A DNA stretch of 64,000 bases from Marsupella aquatica. Taxonomy: Eukaryota > Plantae > Marchantiophyta. The stretch covers positions 23,272,015-23,336,014 of the forward strand of contig OZ316893.1 of the NCBI GenBank assembly GCA_973895155.1. Direction: 5' to 3'. The first letter of the stretch is position 1; every line of letters begins with the position of its first letter. Below are positions 61,001 through 64,000 of this stretch, piece after piece. The notes beneath the pieces are model-generated. The model saw only the letters and a program-made list of their open reading frames with translations, ran no database searches and was not told the origin of the DNA. The position numbers were made by a program, and so were the translations under genes.

Positions 61001-63722
61001 AACTATGCTCTTCTGTTCATAATTGCACCTTCAGATACGACTTGGATCTTAAAGAACTTCTTCAAGACTTCCAAACGACTTTGTTTTCTGCAACCAAACT
61101 CTTACAATCACGGAAACAGTGATCCTTTAACCTTTCTCAGGGGAGGCTCTTACAGCTCTCCAGAGGCGCTGTTGCATGTCTCGCAAAAAGTGTTGCTGAG
61201 GACCAATAACACTCCCAGGTCTTACTATCCGAAGGTAGCCTAGAACCTGTGTCCAACAAGGGCAATGCTCACAATTCATGAGACAGCTCCGGTTTAGATG
61301 GCTCCTCCATTGTTATTAGGAAGGCTCATTATATGTTGGGACCTTTCATGTCTTCAGTAAACAAAATAAGATATGAGAATAGAAGGAAGCAAGCCAGTGG
61401 CAAAGGATAAAGTGGTAATTAGAGTCAATAAAAACAGCTCAGCTAAGATGTTAGCCCCCTCTCTACCATCGCAAACGTTTCAAGATCTATTTGATTTTTC
61501 ATGAAAGGCAGAATAGATGACCGACTTCTTAGAACAATCTATATACCTCGTTACAAGAAAACCGATAATGCTTCATAATGTAGCATCCAATCAAAACTCC
61601 CGTTCGCCCTAAACCTGCCTGATATATAAGGAAAACATATCAACAATGTGTCAGACACTGGCAAGGGAAGAAGCTAGGAATGTCTTCATTGCAGATAATA
61701 TGTAGCAAGTAAGAGTCAAAGGTGACAAGTCCCCAATCCCCCCTACGCTACATTTCTTACCGTGAAAGACTGAACTAGAGGATACATACATTATTCACAT
61801 TGGTCACTCAAAACAAATTTCCTAGAGTCCAGACAACATGATATACATTGTCTCTCTTAACACCTTGATAGCATTGATGGATAACAACAAAAGGTAGGTT
61901 GGGGTGCTTATCCTTGTTGAAAGGAGAAATATCTTACCTTACAGTGAACAGCAAGTGATCCAGAAGTTTCCTCAACAATCTCCAAAAACCGTTTCAAGAT
62001 TCGATCTGTAGGACAGCTGCTTCCAACAAGACATGGAAATGCTTAAGAAAAACACATTTTCAGTTTTGTTACGACACATCCTTGTTGCGAAGTACATAAT
62101 ACTAGTGATGGTCACTACGTCAACAGTACATTCTTAAAATGTCAGTTGCTAATATTTATCGACATGTATATGCAAGGAGCTATTGCCCTCGTCACCTGGC
62201 AGGTTCCTAATCTACACAAAGTGACTTGTTTGACACAGCCGTGGGTACCCTGTACCACTTTCAGAATATTGAAGAGAAGCTCGCAACCTCCAACAGAGCA
62301 CAGTCGAATGTAAGGGGCAGCATAGACTTATAGTGACGTTACAAAATTCTTTGCTATTCACTAAGATCTGTCGAATATCCTTTGCCAGCAAGACAAAATT
62401 CATCAGGTTTCTGACCTGCCGTCTGGGAAGTAGAGATCGTAATGAGATATTCCATGGTCAGCAAAACGCCTCCGATCATATGTCCGCTTATTGAGCCTGA
62501 TCACGGCATTGACTCCGACCTGCTTCCGCCCAATTAAGATGTTACTATGGGAACAGCTAAGCCAGCGACAGTCGACGCAGTGAAACTATATTAAATCTTC
62601 TGACAAAATCTATCAAACTCCTATCAACTTCACAACTGATGGTCCTATGATAAAAACAGAAGACGACAACAAAACAGACAAGTACTGAGAAAATATCAAA
62701 GCCTTTAATCAGCTTTAGGTGGAAAGGGCACAGACCCGATGAAAATACTCCACATAATCTTCAGGAATCAGTGTCCTGTACCCATAGATCTACACAGCAA
62801 CATTCATTAAACACTTTTACTAAGAGTGTAAAGCTTGGGGCCAATTTTTGGCTCCTAAATACGCGACAAGATTACTTTGAGGTTTCTTTACAGAGGCCAC
62901 AGTGAGCACCACGCAAGCTACCCCCAAATCTCCAAAGACAGCTCATGTTACAACTATACCTAGGAAAGCAACAGACCAACTTACTCCAGAAAATCTTCTC
63001 TTATCCTCACCTCGTACAACCCTAAATGTTGCGTGAGTTCTCTTTCCTCTATGAGACAGAGACTGAAAGCTGTGGCAGTTCCGACCTAAGATTGACACCC
63101 TGGTGGGCAAAAAGCACAACTTTCGCTCCACCAGGTTAGTATCCTGCGGCGGAAGGCTAAGTCAGGTGGCACGGTGTAAAGACGCTACAGAATATGGACG
63201 CGCAGTACTCGACCCACAAATTTTAAACCAAGCCTGCTAGCATCTCCCCACTCACTAGCACCTCCACATCTCCAAATCACAGCACGGCGACTGACAAGTG
63301 GTGGGGTTGTCACTAGAGTTCCACGCAGATATCATGCAAATTATCCACTTTGGAGGAGCTTTGCGAAAGAACCTCCAGCCGCCTTGATGATGGGCCACTG
63401 AAAGCAATGAGCTTGTTTGGGACTATCCAATTGAGGTCTCCATTTTCAACCTGCCAGCAATAATCACCACATCCTCCACATATGAACTGCTGTAACCAAA
63501 TGCACAAGTGAGAGCCACATACCACATAATGGTTTGTTTCGCCATCTCAATCCATTATATTCCCGTTACCCCTCGAACCTGACTCTATCGGCCACTATTA
63601 AATAAGAAGCTACTATGTGAGCTAACGGGAGGGTGAGTCAAAACCTGCTCGAAGTATTCATATTCTTCTAGATTGAAGTTGTTGAAGTCAATCCAGCCCA
63701 CCTTCTGTGCTTTCGCAACGGC
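58044..63722 (-). CDS. CDC14: Cdc14-family dual-specificity phosphatase, multi-exon; 5' part lies at or beyond the window edge, 3' end uncertain
   Basis: Exons read [26 protein letters not shown] | [20 protein letters not shown] | [13 protein letters not shown] | [35 protein letters not shown] | LAVHCK | [18 protein letters not shown] | [27 protein letters not shown] is the Cdc14 active-site signature; a long Ser-rich tail follows. Confidence 0.93.
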
Positions 63723-64000
63723 CTGTTCACAACCATAGAGCAACTGGCTGAGAGAAAATTCAACTGAATCTGACAATGATCCTATGTCAGCTTATGCTTT
63801 GCCTCCTACCCCATATTATATGGCTTCAACGTTAACACTCTTTACCTGAACCATGAACATGTAGATGCCGACAGGGAATCAAACATGATGCCTGCAGGAA
63901 ACCGAGTTGAATCTAACAATAAAGTACAACTAACCCCATGACCCTCTTTGCCTAATTTCACTAGAAAGACTGATTCAGGGAAAAAATGATGGCGTTCAAA

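Noticed and set aside
1-64000. tRNA, rRNA, snoRNA or miRNA genes
   Set aside because: None recognised by eye; tRNAscan-SE and Infernal/Rfam would be needed to exclude them.

Overview
Eukaryotic land-plant genomic DNA, most likely a non-seed plant such as a bryophyte, since it carries a CDC14 gene alongside chloroplast-protein genes. Six host genes are recognisable: OEP24 (-), an uncharacterised transmembrane protein (-), an intronless anthranilate-phosphoribosyltransferase-like gene (+), FLU (+), an AtuA/DUF1446 gene (+) and CDC14 (-, running off the right edge). The first 16 kb is a transposon nest: a decayed Mutator-like element with diverged inverted repeats contains a solo LTR (TSD TAAGT) and a young full-length Ty1/copia element (TSD TCTAG; gag and pol separated by one in-frame TGA). 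The standout is a young Ty3/gypsy-type element at 30859-36156 with a DDE integrase and C-terminal PHD finger. Instead of two LTRs it has split direct repeats, A-internal-PPT-B-gc-A-B, and a 4-bp TSD. Its self-priming site and PPT define the reverse-transcribed LTR as B-gc-A, whereas the integrated ends come from an internal palindromic CA-GC-TG site. This layout is what integration via a circularised cDNA cut at an internal att site would give; the mechanism is inferred from one copy. Coordinates were read by eye, and ends of decayed repeats and some exons are approximate.
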